From a gamma proteobacterium symbiont of Bathyaustriella thionipta (GTDB lineage Bacteria; Pseudomonadota; Gammaproteobacteria; Chromatiales; Chromatiaceae): DNA of 26,926 nt. The translations under genes and the position numbers were made by a program. Each line of letters opens with the position of its first letter. Positions within the stretch are counted from its first letter, which is position 1. The stretch covers positions 1 through 26,926 of the forward strand of contig JAHXHF010000397.1 of NCBI GenBank assembly GCA_025656895.1, written 5' to 3'. Below the pieces are notes generated by a model. The model worked only from the letters and a program-made list of their open reading frames with translations. It had not been told where the DNA came from and searched no databases. This document shows positions 26,878 to 26,926 of this stretch, one piece after another.

Positions 26878-26926
26878 AGTAGGAAGTTTATAACAAACCA
26901 AAAAAACAAAATGTCTGTAAAATTCA

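Noticed and set aside
26911-26926. CDS starting at the right edge (ATG TCT GTA AAA TTC)
   Set aside because: Only five codons are visible, which cannot be supported as a gene.

Overview
Window from a Gammaproteobacterium-like genome; a chemolithotroph or sulfur oxidiser is an inference from gene style only. (1) Positions 47-2432 hold a lasso-peptide-type maturation fragment (B2 Cys protease, ABC exporter, PqqD/RRE) with no cyclase or precursor in view. It is followed convergently by a MIF-like tautomerase and a DUF4124-type protein. (2) A housekeeping block follows: ilvI-ilvH-ilvC, a terminator, then pssA. (3) About 10.5 kb lie between pssA and leuA. They carry a minus-strand SulP/STAS anion transporter plus a secreted Sel1-repeat protein whose last repeat is broken by a 5-bp tandem duplication. 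Divergent from these is an XRE regulator heading a six-gene complex-I/hydrogenase-4-like operon. Its large subunit lacks all four Ni-binding cysteines, so it is an Ehr (energy-converting hydrogenase-related) complex and not a hydrogenase. (4) leuA is preceded by a sigma70 promoter, a Leu-rich leader ORF that may be leaderless, and alternative hairpins; family-4 UDG and rimI follow. (5) A minus-strand pyrophosphate cluster ends the window: hypothetical, PPi-dependent PFK, small hypothetical, K+-independent H+-PPase, soluble PPase, YfcE-type phosphoesterase. No rRNA, tRNA, CRISPR array, integrase or transposase was seen. The best candidate for an undescribed system is the Ehr + XRE + SulP + Sel1 module.
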